Source of the DNA: Octopus sinensis
Taxonomy: Eukaryota
Assembly: GCF_006345805.1 (NCBI RefSeq)
Contig: NC_043014.1
Span: 45,508,001 to 45,572,000 of the forward strand
Length of the DNA stretch: 64,000 bases
Reading direction: 5' to 3'
The position numbers and the translations under genes are program-made. Below the pieces are notes generated by a model. The model saw nothing but the letters and a program-made list of their open reading frames with translations, searched no databases and was not told the origin of the DNA. Numbering within the stretch: the first letter of the stretch is position 1; each line of letters begins with the position of its first letter. Of the stretch, positions 63,328 through 64,000 are shown piece by piece.

Positions 63328-63658
63328 ATAATATAAATTGGACATGGGCGATCGTTGTATTCTTTCTTGTCTTGAGGTTCACAGCCAAGCGGCTGGGTGG
63401 ATTCGTGTGAAAAATGGCACGTGAAGACGGGTGCATAGATTGGAATGCAGTTTGTACTTTTTTCCTAGACCCCATAGTTACCAATAAAATCGATTCAGGG
63501 GACCCGAAATGAAATGGTGGAGAAACACTGTTATAGATTATAGATATATATATTTTGTTGAATTTTCTGCTGCTTTAAATAAAGCATATTACTCTATCAC
63601 TGGTATTTGAGTACTCTTTTTTTCCACCTTGTTTCACATTTATGTGTTTACTCCGGTA

Positions 63659-63714
<56 letters not shown>

Positions 63715-64000
63715 GTAAACTAGCTCCTGATAACATAGGCTTTAAACTTGAGATATCCAAGTGAGGGTTCAAAGTTATGACATGACTGTGTGCTAATATG
63801 ATTCAGGTGGGTCTTGTTAAAATAAATAATGTCAAAAATAGGCAAAATGGTAACTGTAGAGACTGGTGACAGAGACAATGATGTATGTGTGTTATAATGT
63901 GATGTGTCTAGTTCAAGATAAAATAGGTTTTAAATACCGGATTGAGAACTAAATTGTGACAGTGTGTGCATTGATGTGACTTTGGTTCAGTGATGATGTT

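Noticed and set aside
3394-63772. HTHT/CVCV/YIYI/poly-Y/poly-I ORFs in the track
   Set aside because: Translations of (CA)n, (TA)n and (AAT)n microsatellites.

Overview
AT-rich animal genomic DNA, not prokaryotic. The tRNA-headed SINE families, RTE-tailed repeats and dense (AAT)n/(CA)n/(TA)n/(GAT)n microsatellites match what I recognise as octopus (coleoid cephalopod) genome repeats; this was not database-checked. Most of the window is mobile-element debris and tandem arrays. Best-supported coding sequence: the last two exons of a minus-strand gene (57773-57838 and 55457-55623), whose tail carries a PPSY motif and ends KKVIYEVIV*, like echinoid-type adhesion receptors. A TE-poor region after it may be a ~9 kb 3' UTR. 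Weaker: scattered coding-like islands between 2 and 43 kb can be spliced into a tentative ~157-aa minus-strand gene, but several also have good plus-strand splice sites, so strand and reality are unresolved. Structural highlights: a ~40-copy 154-bp satellite built from two TE ends, a tandem tetramer of a TTAA (piggyBac-type) MITE, an R4/Dong-type LINE remnant with a partner element sharing its 3' end, two non-autonomous Helitrons, hAT and MULE-like MITEs with intact TSDs, a (TA)n-centred fold-back palindrome, and an inverted repeat pair forming an intronic hairpin. I found no convincing novel enzymatic or defence-type system. Nearly all ORFs in the supplied track are repeat artefacts. Counts and coordinates were read by eye.
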